Assembly (NCBI GenBank): GCA_963772725.1
Contig: CAVYYI010000005.1
Location: 96,001-160,000, forward strand
Direction of reading: 5' to 3'
Source of the DNA: an uncultured Phycisphaerales bacterium
GTDB taxonomy: Bacteria; Planctomycetota; Phycisphaerae; Sedimentisphaerales; Anaerobacaceae
Length of the DNA stretch: 64,000 bases
Shown here: piece after piece, positions 44,221 to 57,161 of the stretch
How positions within the stretch are numbered: position 1 is the first letter of the stretch
How the letters are laid out: each line of letters begins with the position of its first letter
The notes under the pieces: model-generated
What the model was told of the DNA's origin: nothing
Databases searched by the model: none
What the model saw: the letters and a program-made list of their open reading frames with translations, nothing else
Program-made: the position numbers and the translations under genes

Positions 44221-44330
44221 CAGCCCAATAAATATTCGCGCTGCTGGAGTGGGCAGAGTTCCTGTGGGGCGAGCATTTGTGCGGTGATTCGGGTTAAAAT
44301 TAAGCATAAGAAATAAATGGAGTCAAAAAA

Positions 44331-45360
44331 ATGGTAAAAACAAAACCTACAAAAGTGGAAGAGAAAACAAGCGGCAAGGAAACCGCACTTCAGCGGGTCA
44401 TTGCGCAGATTGAAAAGCAGTACGGCCAAGGCGCCATAATGCAGATGGACGAGCATAGTTACGCCAAAATTGAAGGCGTTCCGACCGGGGCGCTGTCGCT
44501 GGATATCGCGCTGGGCGGGGTGGGAGTGCCTTTGGGCAGGATAACCGAGCTTTATGGCCCGGAATCTTCGGGAAAGACTACGCTGGCACTTCATATAATA
44601 GCGAACTGTCAGCGAAATGGCGGTGTGGCGGCGTTTATAGACGCTGAACACGCGCTGGATACGACCTGGGCGAAAAAGCTCGGCGTCGATGTGAGTAGTC
44701 TCCTGGTGAGTCAGCCTGATTCGGGCGAACAGGCGCTGGAGATAGCCGAGATGCTGGTGCGGTCGAACTCGGTTGGCGTCATAGTGGTTGATTCGGTCGC
44801 GGCATTGACGCCAAAGGCGGAACTCGAAGGCGAAATGGGCGACAGCCACATGGGGCTTCAGGCGAGGCTTATGAGCCAGGCGATGAGAAAGCTCACCGCC
44901 GTGGTATGCAAAAGCAAGACGGCACTAATTTTTATAAATCAGATTAGAATGAAAATCGGCGTTATGTTCGGCAACCCGGAAACAACAACCGGTGGAAAGG
45001 CGCTGAAGTTTTACAGTTCGATACGACTTGATATAAGAAAGCTGGCGACAATAAAAGACGGCGACCAGGCCACCGGAAACAGGGTCAAGGCGAAAGTTGT
45101 GAAGAATAAAATTGCGCCGCCATTCCGGGAGTCGGAATTCGATATTATGTTCGACAGCGGAATCAGCTACGAGGGCGATATAATCGACCTCGGTATCGGT
45201 TGCGGTGTGGTACAACAGAGCGGCGCGTGGATAAATTACGGCAGCGTTAAACTCGGCCAGGGTAGAGAAAAAGTGAAACAGTATCTCGCAGAGAACAAGG
45301 ATTTGTGCGAGGAAATAAAAAATAAAATTCTCGTCGCAAAAGGTTTAAAGCAGGAAATTT

Positions 45361-45362
<2 letters not shown>
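44331..45362 (+). CDS. recA: Recombinase A
   Basis: [42 protein letters not shown]. Confidence 0.98.
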
Positions 45363-48600
<3,238 letters not shown>

Positions 48601-48609
48601 CCTGAATAT

Positions 48610-48631
48610 TTCACCACAGAGGGCGCAGAGG
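48610..48631. repeat. Orphan 9-nt-unit repeat arm after alaS
   Basis: TTCACCACAGAGGGCGCAGAGG resembles arms at 40048 and 37129. Confidence 0.5.
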
Positions 48632-48681
48632 AATAAAAATTAATAAAATTAATTTGGATGCGGCGAAGAGGGAGCGGTTTC

Positions 48682-49671
48682 GTGATTACATTTTGCTGCA
48701 AATATTGTGGGCAGAAAATCAGCGTGGCGGATATTCACGCGGGAAAAAAAGGACAATGTTCGAAGTGTAAGAATCTTCTCGAAGTTCCAGCGGTTCAAGA
48801 GACAGTTCAACCTGCCGCTGCGGAAAAGGTTAACGCTACCGGTTACAGCAAGCCTGAATTTTCTTTTCAGGATGGGCCGGACAAAAACAAAGAAAATCAG
48901 GATGCGGGCAGCAGTCCGCCGACTGATTATTATCAAACCAAAATTGTTGCCGAAGAACCGCCGCCCAAAAGAAAATTCCCGTGGCTGATTGATATATTTT
49001 TCTACCCGCTGAGCATTCCCGGAATAATAACTCTGGCCATAATTATTCTTGTACCATTTATAATTAACATCGTCGTTGGGATGCTCGGGCCGTTCGGGTT
49101 TTTTGTGGGCTTTGCCGGAGCAGTCGTTAGAATCATTTTGTGGTTTTACTTCTACTGGTATTTCTGCCAGTGCGTCCGCGACAGCGCCTCCGGCGGCATC
49201 AGGGCGCCGGAAGTACTTGACGCAGCGCCGGATATTGGAGAAATATTTTTCCAGTTTCTTAAAATTCTCGTCTGTATAATCTTTTTCGCTGCCCCGATGC
49301 TTATTTACCTGATACATACGAAAAGAACAGATATATATTTCTGGGCACTGCTGGGCTACGCGGTCTTATTTTTTCCAATGGGATTACTGGCTGTTATTAT
49401 GTTCGATTCTTTAACCGGGCTGAATCCTCTTCTCGTTATCGGTTCAATATTCAGCACCTTTTTGCCGTATTTCGGACTTGTCCTGTTTTATTATATTCTT
49501 GCCGCTTCGGATGTCTTTACCACAATAATGTTTTTCAAAGGAATTCTGCCCTGGTCATATTTACTTATATTTTTGCTCGGTTCTGTCAATACGTATCTTT
49601 TCATCATCAGCGGACACCTGTTAGGGCGGTTCTTCTGGCGGTACCGGGAGAGGCTTAATTGGGACGTTTAG
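48682..49671 (+). CDS. Zn-ribbon-containing membrane protein
   Basis: CKYC...CSKC, linker, about six TM helices. Confidence 0.75.
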   Translation: MITFCCKYCGQKISVADIHAGKKGQCSKCKNLLEVPAVQETVQPAAAEKVNATGYSKPEFSFQDGPDKNKENQDAGSSPPTDYYQTKIVAEEPPPKRKFPWLIDIFFYPLSIPGIITLAIIILVPFIINIVVGMLGPFGFFVGFAGAVVRIILWFYFYWYFCQCVRDSASGGIRAPEVLDAAPDIGEIFFQFLKILVCIIFFAAPMLIYLIHTKRTDIYFWALLGYAVLFFPMGLLAVIMFDSLTGLNPLLVIGSIFSTFLPYFGLVLFYYILAASDVFTTIMFFKGILPWSYLLIFLLGSVNTYLFIISGHLLGRFFWRYRERLNWDV

Positions 49672-49815
49672 GTAGGAATTTTATATTTGGTGGTGTTTTA
49701 GAAAAAAATCTGATATTATTTCAGGCTGGGAAGGCTTGGCTGCGTAGCCGACTCTTTAATGTGGGAAATCCTATGAACCATTGCCAACCAACTAACTTTT
49801 GAAAGGAGTTATGCC

Positions 49816-51039
49816 ATGACAAATACAAAACAGATATTCACGTTCACAGTTTTTTTGATTACTTTTACATCTATCGCATTTTCTGAGCCAGGTATTTCTA
49901 TTCTATGGGAAAAGGAGATTGGGCAGGCTGATCGTACGAACAAACCATATGCCATAAAAGTTGCCGAGGATGGAAATGTTGTCCGCATTGTAGGAGTTTC
50001 GTACACACCTCGAACCAAGGGATCTTCAGAAGCAAGAGTCACGGAACTTTTTGAATATCGCGTTAATCTAAAAGATGAAAAGTCCGAGTTGAAAACCATT
50101 ATGTCTATGGGTGAGGGAGATATTACTGTTAGAAACCCGCTAATTGGGATAAAAGACTCACAATTGATTGGCAATGATATTGTAATTATTCGAGACCAAT
50201 ACAAATCATGTAATCTTCAGGAACTGATTGTTGGTAACAACCGGCAAGTTAAAACCAGAGAAATCCCCGGCCTGACCAGAGGCGATGTTTCAACGCATGG
50301 AGCGTGTGTAAATAAAAATGGCGATGTCTTCCTTTGCGGCAATAGCGGCTATATAAGAAAGGTAAAAAATGACGGAAGTGTGGCTTGGGATACAAATTAC
50401 AAATCTGATAAAAAAGAAGATGGCACGTTCAGCGTAGCCTTTTCAGAATCAGACAAACTGCTTGTAGCATTTGGTTTTTCTTTTACACCTGATACTAAAT
50501 TTACAACAAAGGATTCGAGCCTTTGGCTGGCAAACCTCGATTCGGATGGAAACTTCAAAGCTAAGATTGGATTCGAAGGTATCGCTAATTTCGGCAAATT
50601 CTTTGCATTTTGTCTGAGCAAATCAGGCGTTCCGACTGTTATCTATGACACCAATCCAGAGATAAGGAACTGCAAGATATGTGTATCTAAATTTTCCAAA
50701 GACCTAAGTGCAAAAAACTGGACAACACCTATCTTCGATGGAACAGAGATGATGTTATCGCAATTGTCTTTAACACCTTTCGGAGATGATTACACACTGG
50801 CTGCATTTCATAGCGGCAGTTTGGTAAACAATAGCAATAATTTGCATTTCTATGTGCTGGACAAAAATGGCAACATTGTTAATCAGGCCATTTTTAAAGA
50901 TATAAAGAGTGTCGGTTATTTAGTTACAGTTTTCAAAGATAGAATCTTTCTCGTGACCAATGAATTCAGAACAGAAAAGGATAAAGCTAAAGAATTCTCC
51001 AGATTAATCTGTTTCAAAATAAAGAACGGCCAGCTTTAA
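49816..51039 (+). CDS. Secreted hypothetical protein, probable beta-propeller
   Basis: Signal peptide, AAGGAG SD, repeated LD..GN and W motifs. Confidence 0.7.
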   Translation: MTNTKQIFTFTVFLITFTSIAFSEPGISILWEKEIGQADRTNKPYAIKVAEDGNVVRIVGVSYTPRTKGSSEARVTELFEYRVNLKDEKSELKTIMSMGEGDITVRNPLIGIKDSQLIGNDIVIIRDQYKSCNLQELIVGNNRQVKTREIPGLTRGDVSTHGACVNKNGDVFLCGNSGYIRKVKNDGSVAWDTNYKSDKKEDGTFSVAFSESDKLLVAFGFSFTPDTKFTTKDSSLWLANLDSDGNFKAKIGFEGIANFGKFFAFCLSKSGVPTVIYDTNPEIRNCKICVSKFSKDLSAKNWTTPIFDGTEMMLSQLSLTPFGDDYTLAAFHSGSLVNNSNNLHFYVLDKNGNIVNQAIFKDIKSVGYLVTVFKDRIFLVTNEFRTEKDKAKEFSRLICFKIKNGQL

Positions 51040-52373
51040 CTGAGTTGTTTAGGCAGAAATTTTGTTTCTGGGAGTTTGCAGCGGATTTGGACGCTTTTGG
51101 CGTGGGCGTCCAGGCCTTCGGTCTGGGCGAGGCGGATAATATTGTCGGCGTCTTTTTCGAGCATTTCCTTTGTGTATTCGATAATACTGGTTGACTTGAT
51201 AAAATCATTGCTGCTCAGCGCGCTGAAGAATTTTGCGCTCATGCCGGTCGGGAGTGTGTGGCTGGGGCCTGCCCAGTAGTCGCCGACAGCGACAGGGGAA
51301 TAATCGCCGATAAATATCGCGCCGGCGTTTTTAATCTGGTCGGCGACAGCTCTGCTTTGCGGGCCGCACTGAATCTGGAGGTGCTCAGCGGCGAAGAGGT
51401 TGGCCCATTCGGTTACTTTTGTCATATCGTTGAATACTACTATGCCGCCGAATTGGGCGAGGCATTTTTTTGTTTCTTCGGTTCTGGAAAGCCGCTCCAC
51501 CTGCTGTTTGAGTTCTGCAAGGAGTTTTTCAGCGAACGGCTGAGAGTCGGTGAAAACAACGGCGCTTCCGGGGGCGTGTTCCGCCTGGCTGAGCATATCG
51601 GCGGCGACCCAGGCAGGATTTGCTGAATCATTCGCGACAATAAGCACCTCGCTTGGTCCGGCGATGGAATCGATATCGACAAGGCCGAAAACTTCCTTTT
51701 TCGCCATCTGCACCCACTGATTTCCGGGGCCTACGATTTTGTCAACTTTTTTGATTGTATCTGTTCCTCCCGCCAGCGCGGCAACCGCATGTGCTCCGCC
51801 TATGCGATAGACTTCTGTTACTCCCAATTCGAAGCAGACCGCGAGAATAACGGGATGAATACTGCCGTTGTATCGAGGTGGGGAGACGACCGCTATTTCT
51901 TTTACGCCTGCGACCTGGGCGGGGACAACCGTCATTATCACCGTCGAGGGCAGAGGTGCGGAGGCACCCGGCACGCATACGCCGACTCTTTGAAGCGGGG
52001 TATATCTTATTCCGGGATGAGTCCTGCTGCCGATAAAAATTTCGGTCTGGTATTTTCTGACGTTAGCAATCGACAGGCTAATCGATTCGAGCAGCTTGGG
52101 GTCGATTTCATCGTGGGCTTTTTTCAGGTCTTTGTCGGCGATGCGAAAATGCCGCGGGGATATTTTGACGCCGTCGAATTTTTCCGTGAATTGCGCAACG
52201 GCCTTGTCGCCTTTTTCCCCAACGGCTGCGATAATAGTTCTTAGCTGGTCGATTCTTTCGTCGTTATTTTCAAAATATGTGGATTTCAGAGTGGAGTAGC
52301 GGATTTGGGCAAACCGTTCTTCGAACTCCGGCTGATTGTACGAAATTAAAATTTTATCAAGCTCATTTACCAT
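51036..52373 (-). CDS. hisD: Histidinol dehydrogenase
   Basis: VPG...LPSTV.M, GPGN, IDSIAGPSE, SQAEH, AEHL, GPSHTLPT. Confidence 0.95.
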   Translation of the reverse strand: MVNELDKILISYNQPEFEERFAQIRYSTLKSTYFENNDERIDQLRTIIAAVGEKGDKAVAQFTEKFDGVKISPRHFRIADKDLKKAHDEIDPKLLESISLSIANVRKYQTEIFIGSRTHPGIRYTPLQRVGVCVPGASAPLPSTVIMTVVPAQVAGVKEIAVVSPPRYNGSIHPVILAVCFELGVTEVYRIGGAHAVAALAGGTDTIKKVDKIVGPGNQWVQMAKKEVFGLVDIDSIAGPSEVLIVANDSANPAWVAADMLSQAEHAPGSAVVFTDSQPFAEKLLAELKQQVERLSRTEETKKCLAQFGGIVVFNDMTKVTEWANLFAAEHLQIQCGPQSRAVADQIKNAGAIFIGDYSPVAVGDYWAGPSHTLPTGMSAKFFSALSSNDFIKSTSIIEYTKEMLEKDADNIIRLAQTEGLDAHAKSVQIRCKLPETKFLPKQLS

Positions 52374-52637
52374 TTTTAATTTTTAAACTTTCAAACCGAC
52401 CCTCGGTCAGTTCAAGATGTTAAGTATATCCCCCAATATCGCTGTTGTCCAGCAGCTAATTTCAGCAAATAGGCTTGCCGCTTTTCAAGGCATCAGGTTT
52501 TTTCGCCCCTAAAAAATCAAAAAAAAACTATAATTTTTAGTTTGCTTTTTATTCGCCGCGGGTTACCATATATCGGTAAGTTAAAATTTGGTTTAGGATC
52601 TTTATTTAAACAACAACGTTTTTTAAGGGGGTTTACA

Positions 52638-52790
52638 ATGTGCCAGTCATGTGGATGTACGCCATGCAGCAAATGCGGAAAACCGATTGAAAACAAAGTC
52701 TGTTCAGGCTGCAAAAAGCCGTCAAGCAAATGCACCTGTAAAGAGGTCTGTTCCGGTTGTGGCGAACCGATGGACGAATGCGTCTGTTAG
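52638..52790 (+). CDS. Small Cys-rich protein, metallothionein-like
   Basis: 50 aa, 13 Cys in CxC/CxxC, AAGGGGG SD. Confidence 0.7.
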   Translation: MCQSCGCTPCSKCGKPIENKVCSGCKKPSSKCTCKEVCSGCGEPMDECVC

Positions 52791-52832
52791 CCAATCCGCC
52801 GCAGACAGACCGGCTTTATGCCGGCGGCTTAT

Positions 52833-53114
52833 CTAAAATATTTCGCGCTCGACAGGCCCGAGATAAAAACGCCCGTCGCCTCGCATAAAGTCCAGGATTT
52901 TGTCGAACTGCTGATTTATAAAAATGCTCTCGTTGGAAACCACCGCGATAGAAACAACCGCCATAACCTTGCTGTCCTGATGGTCGGTCTCCGAGATAGA
53001 GATATTAAATCTGCTTTTGAGTCTGCCGATGACGCTTTTGACGATGCTTCTCTTGTCTTTAAGAGAACTAATCGCCGCCAAATTCATCTGAACTGTCATT
53101 ACCCCAATAAGCAT
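52833..53114 (-). CDS. DUF503 family protein
   Basis: SLKDKRSIVKS...LK.RFNIS.SE.DHQD. Confidence 0.88.
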   Translation of the reverse strand: MLIGVMTVQMNLAAISSLKDKRSIVKSVIGRLKSRFNISISETDHQDSKVMAVVSIAVVSNESIFINQQFDKILDFMRGDGRFYLGPVEREIF

Positions 53115-53184
53115 ATAAATTATATCCCGACAAAGGAGGGATTCCGCAATTTTACATTTTAATTTTTAATTTTTGATTTTGAAA

Positions 53185-54342
53185 TCAATATGCTTCAGCG
53201 AGGTATTTCATGTTATCGATGATTTTCAGCTTTTGTGAACATTTCTGTTCACATTGGCCGCACTGTACACATTTTGACGGCGCTTTGGAGCCTTCACAAT
53301 TATCAGGGTTCATCTGCCAGTTATATGCTTCCATCGCCTTTTTCGGCACGTGAAGCATTTTATCAAGATAAAAGACGTTCATCATTTCAGGTATCTTTAT
53401 TCCCGCCGGGCAGGGCATACAATAACCGCAGCCCGTGCAGAAATTCATCCCCGTCTTCGATATTATCACAAGTGCCTTTTCCAGCGCCAGCCTCTGTTCC
53501 ACGCTCAATGACCCCTTGCAATAATTTTCTATCGTCGAAACTATATCTGAAGGCTTGGATATCCCGCAAAGAATAGTATCGACGTTCTCATCACCCGCCA
53601 GATACCGATGCGCCGCTTCAACCGTATCGTCCATATCAAGCGTATTTTTCACCGCCTCATTCAGCATCGGCGAACCTTCATTGAGCATCCCGCCACCGAT
53701 GGGATTCATCACGATTGTCGCGATGCCCTTTTCGTGCGCCTTGGCAATGACATCCTTATAAGTCCGGTCGAGCATATTATACGTGAACAGAATCGCCTCA
53801 CACCAGTCCGCCTCGTCGATATATCTGCTGACATTCTCCGGGCTGTCGTGCGTTGTAAAACCCGCATGCCTGACCAGCCCCTTATTCATCGCGTGAAATA
53901 TGCCGTCAAGCATCCCGCCTGTTCTCGTCGCTTCCTTATAATGATGGGGATTATTGATACTCCAAATCTGGTAAAAATCGAGGTAATCTACGTCCAGCCG
54001 TTCCATCGACTCAATAATCCGCCTGTATGTCCGCTCCGCCGATGAATCGTTAGGCGGGTCCGTCTTCTTGTTCCACGGCGAGGATTTTGTTGAGAGGATT
54101 ACTCTTTGCCGGTACCCCCCCTTGAGACTTTTGCCGACCTTTATCTCGCTGTCGCCGTATCCCAGGCTTGTATCGATATAAATCATCCCCGCATCTATCG
54201 CCTGACGCATTAGCGCAACTGCTTGTTCATCATCGCTCGGCAGACGCATCGCCCCGATACTGACAGGATAAACCTTTAGCCTGCTCCGCCTCCCGAAATC
54301 AACCATTTTCGTCTGTTTTATTGCCGTCGAATACATTTTCAC
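53185..54342 (-). CDS. Aldo/keto reductase with C-terminal 4Fe-4S dicluster
   Basis: GAMRLP, YIDT..GY, LSTK; CTGCGYCMPCP and CVQCGQCEQKC. Confidence 0.9.
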   Translation of the reverse strand: MKMYSTAIKQTKMVDFGRRSRLKVYPVSIGAMRLPSDDEQAVALMRQAIDAGMIYIDTSLGYGDSEIKVGKSLKGGYRQRVILSTKSSPWNKKTDPPNDSSAERTYRRIIESMERLDVDYLDFYQIWSINNPHHYKEATRTGGMLDGIFHAMNKGLVRHAGFTTHDSPENVSRYIDEADWCEAILFTYNMLDRTYKDVIAKAHEKGIATIVMNPIGGGMLNEGSPMLNEAVKNTLDMDDTVEAAHRYLAGDENVDTILCGISKPSDIVSTIENYCKGSLSVEQRLALEKALVIISKTGMNFCTGCGYCMPCPAGIKIPEMMNVFYLDKMLHVPKKAMEAYNWQMNPDNCEGSKAPSKCVQCGQCEQKCSQKLKIIDNMKYLAEAY

Positions 54343-54598
54343 TAATCCTGATTTGTTTTACCGTCCTGCTGTACTGATAATATAACATAACAACCCCCAA
54401 AATACAACCATCAATAAAAAGAATGAACAAGGCGGGGTTGCACTTCACAAGATACGAGCGACGGGTAACGAGCAGCGAGTCAAAGAAGCCGCCCGGTTTA
54501 GAAATGGCTTATAAATCTTCCTAAAAACCATCCCTCCGCTTTTAAAAACCGGGCAGCATCCAACGCTAAGGTTCTCAGGCAAATTCAAGAACGTGCCA

Positions 54599-54883
54599 TT
54601 AGCGGCCTTTCAGCCACTTGGGACATTCATTCCTGTTTTCTCTTAAACGGCATCCGTTTCGAAAATGCTGGAAAATATGAATAATAAGTTCACACCGATC
54701 CTGAACGTCGAATCGCGAAAACAGCCGGCTCAGGTGCGTTCGAACTGTCGGAACCGCGATTCCAAGCTCCGTCGCGATTTGTTTATCAGATTCGCCTGCC
54801 AAAAGATGTATGACTACTTCGCCTTGCCTGCCGGACAAGGACAACTCTTCCCTAAGTATCTTCCATTCCTTTTCAGAAAACAC
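54599..54883 (-). CDS. Stand-alone LuxR-type HTH regulator
   Basis: LSGRQGEV...G.SDKQIA.ELGIA.PTVRTHL. Confidence 0.85.
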   Translation of the reverse strand: MFSEKEWKILREELSLSGRQGEVVIHLLAGESDKQIATELGIAVPTVRTHLSRLFSRFDVQDRCELIIHIFQHFRNGCRLRENRNECPKWLKGR

Positions 54884-55133
54884 TGCGCTATCTCCGCTCT
54901 AATTCGTACGCTCAGCTCTAAAAAGTGAAATTAACTACCGCTATTTTAGTGGGCTTTTTGTTTTTCTCAAAATAATTACATTCTTATCTCTAATCCGCAA
55001 TTTTTAAAATTTCTTTAAAGCCGCCAAACGGTAGGAATTCCCTTAAAAAGCAACAACATATAGCAATGATAACCGCATATCAATTCGTCAATTCTGATGA
55101 TACTAAAAAAAGTGTAAAAATTCCAAAAAAAAC

Positions 55134-55269
55134 CGCCACATTTCACCCTCTCCTTTCGCCATATATACAGGGCGCATTCTGTAATAAAAAAACGGGCTTT
55201 ATAAACGGAAAAATTCATCACCCTCCTCCGGAGCCAGATTCCCTATAAATCAGGGGTCTGGCTTTTTTT
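55134..55269 (+). ncRNA. Candidate sRNA unit 1 with upstream motif and terminator
   Basis: 30-bp motif, CATCACCCTCCTCC, AGCCAGA..TCTGGCT stem plus T7. Confidence 0.5.
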
Positions 55270-55350
55270 GATTGAAAAGCGTGTTTTAGCTGATAATTAA
55301 GCCATAAAATTAAGCCTAATAAAAAAAATTTAAAAAAAGTCGAAAAAAAA

Positions 55351-55476
55351 CGCCACATTTCGCCCTTTCTTTTCGCCATACTTTATGTCGGATATCTCTC
55401 GGCGAGATGACAGACGATTTTAACAACATCCTCCTCCAAGGCCGGAATCCGCGATAATCAGGATTCCGGCTTTTAT
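55351..55476 (+). ncRNA. Candidate sRNA unit 2 with upstream motif and terminator
   Basis: Motif 27/30 identical to unit 1, CATCCTCCTCC, GCCGGAATCC/GGATTCCGGC stem plus T-run. Confidence 0.5.
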
Positions 55477-55511
55477 TATAGAGTGGGATATGGCTTCTTT
55501 GGAGAACTGAT

Positions 55512-56192
55512 GTGGAAAAGGGTACGCAGGTTCTGATTACCGTCAGCGAATCACGTGATTTTTATGTCCTCATCGACCCGGATGCCTTTTTAGCCCTCAG
55601 AAATAAAACCGTCGAATGTTTATTTTCGATGCCGCCATCCGATTGCCCGGATAATTTCCCTTTCACACCAAATCCGAATTACCGAGGCGGTGTCAGCCCG
55701 TTCCAGCGTAACCTTATCAGACCGTACAGGGTGGAATATTATCTCGAAATCATACGCCGCCATTTTTTTCCCCAATATCCGCGACGCTCTGAGGCAATTA
55801 CACTCTTCCAAAACTTACAGGATGCACACGTTTACTTCATAAGACACGAAAACCACCTGGCCAGCCGCATTCTCAGAAGAGTCAAAACCAGCGGGCAATA
55901 CTCCTATTCGCTCCACGACTCAAGCTGGGTCGATTTTCTATACCTCGAAGATTGGAAAGACAATTCTGAAGTCGAAGCCGCCTGCAAAGCCTACTGGAAT
56001 GGCCAAAAACTGAAAAATCATAAACTGCATTTTAATGGCCGACTATGGTCCAGAGAGCCTATTATTGAGGTTTTGTACTTTGGATGCGTTGATTTCTATG
56101 ACGAAAGCACCGCCCCTGAACTGGCCGACCAGGATAAATTGCCAGTCAAATTAAAACAAACCATCGAAAATTCCCTCCCCAATTTCAGATGA
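55512..56192 (+). CDS. Hypothetical protein, DUF2441-like
   Basis: LE.IRR.FFPQYPRR....LF and YWNG...EVL motifs; family call tentative. Confidence 0.55.
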   Translation: MEKGTQVLITVSESRDFYVLIDPDAFLALRNKTVECLFSMPPSDCPDNFPFTPNPNYRGGVSPFQRNLIRPYRVEYYLEIIRRHFFPQYPRRSEAITLFQNLQDAHVYFIRHENHLASRILRRVKTSGQYSYSLHDSSWVDFLYLEDWKDNSEVEAACKAYWNGQKLKNHKLHFNGRLWSREPIIEVLYFGCVDFYDESTAPELADQDKLPVKLKQTIENSLPNFR

Positions 56193-56220
56193 TAAAATAC
56201 TCAAACTGACCGAGTCGACT

Positions 56221-56292
56221 TGTCATACCCGCGCAAGCGGGTATCCAATATGAAATTTGCCGCAATGGATTCCCACTTTCGCAGGAATGACA
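56221..56292. repeat. TGTCAT.CCCGC..GCGGG.ATCCA palindromic element
   Basis: Left arm 56221-56247, right arm TGGATTCCCACTTTCGCAGGAATGACA; related to 16634-16768. Confidence 0.8.
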
Positions 56293-56447
56293 TTGGAGTA
56301 TAACTTTATGTTTAACATAAGGTCATGTAAATTTTTATTAAAAATTCGGCCAATTTGAGTAAAATATCAAGAGTTGCGACGTCAACCTGCGGGACTTAAT
56401 CTATTCACGCACACCGCCTGTTGCGATTCGAGCAATTTTCCGCTATT

Positions 56448-57161
56448 ATGTCAGCAATGACTAACGACACAATCGCATTAGGTTTGGCTTGGTACGTGAT
56501 TTTCGTGCTTTCACTGAGTTTTCACGAGGCCGCCCACGCCTTTGCCGCGTTGAAACTCGGCGATAAAACCGCCTTTTATTCCGGGCAGGTCAGCCTCCAT
56601 CCTTTCGCACACATGTTCAGAGAACCCGTCGGAATGATTATCCTGCCTATCGTTTCGTTTCTATCTAACGGCTGGATGCTCGGCTGGGCAAGCACTCCCT
56701 ACGACCCCGCATGGGCACAGCGCTACCCCAAACGCGAAATCCTTATGGCTCTCGCCGGCCCGCTAGCGAACCTCACCCTCGTTATCATCGCCGCAGCTGC
56801 CATAAGATTCGGTACTTCCGCCGGCTATTTCCATCCCCCCGAAAGCATCACCTTTTCCCAAGTAACCGCCGCCGAACATACCGGCATAACTCACAGCATC
56901 GCAATAATGGTCAGCATTCTTTTTACGCTCAATCTTGTCCTGTTTGTTTTTAATCTTCTCCCCATCCCCCCGATGGATGGCAGCTGCCTTGTCCCGCTGC
57001 TTTTACCGGCTGAATTCGCCGACAAATATAAAATGCTCATCAGCAATCCAACATATTCTATTATCGGCCTGATTATCGCATGGCAGTTGTTCGACTATAT
57101 CTTCGACCCCATCCACCTCTTTGCCCTAAACATCCTCTACCCCGGCCACCTCTACGGCTAA
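56448..57161 (+). CDS. Site-2 protease (M50)
   Basis: HEAAH, AGPLAN, FNLLPIPPMDG. Confidence 0.92.
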   Translation: MSAMTNDTIALGLAWYVIFVLSLSFHEAAHAFAALKLGDKTAFYSGQVSLHPFAHMFREPVGMIILPIVSFLSNGWMLGWASTPYDPAWAQRYPKREILMALAGPLANLTLVIIAAAAIRFGTSAGYFHPPESITFSQVTAAEHTGITHSIAIMVSILFTLNLVLFVFNLLPIPPMDGSCLVPLLLPAEFADKYKMLISNPTYSIIGLIIAWQLFDYIFDPIHLFALNILYPGHLYG

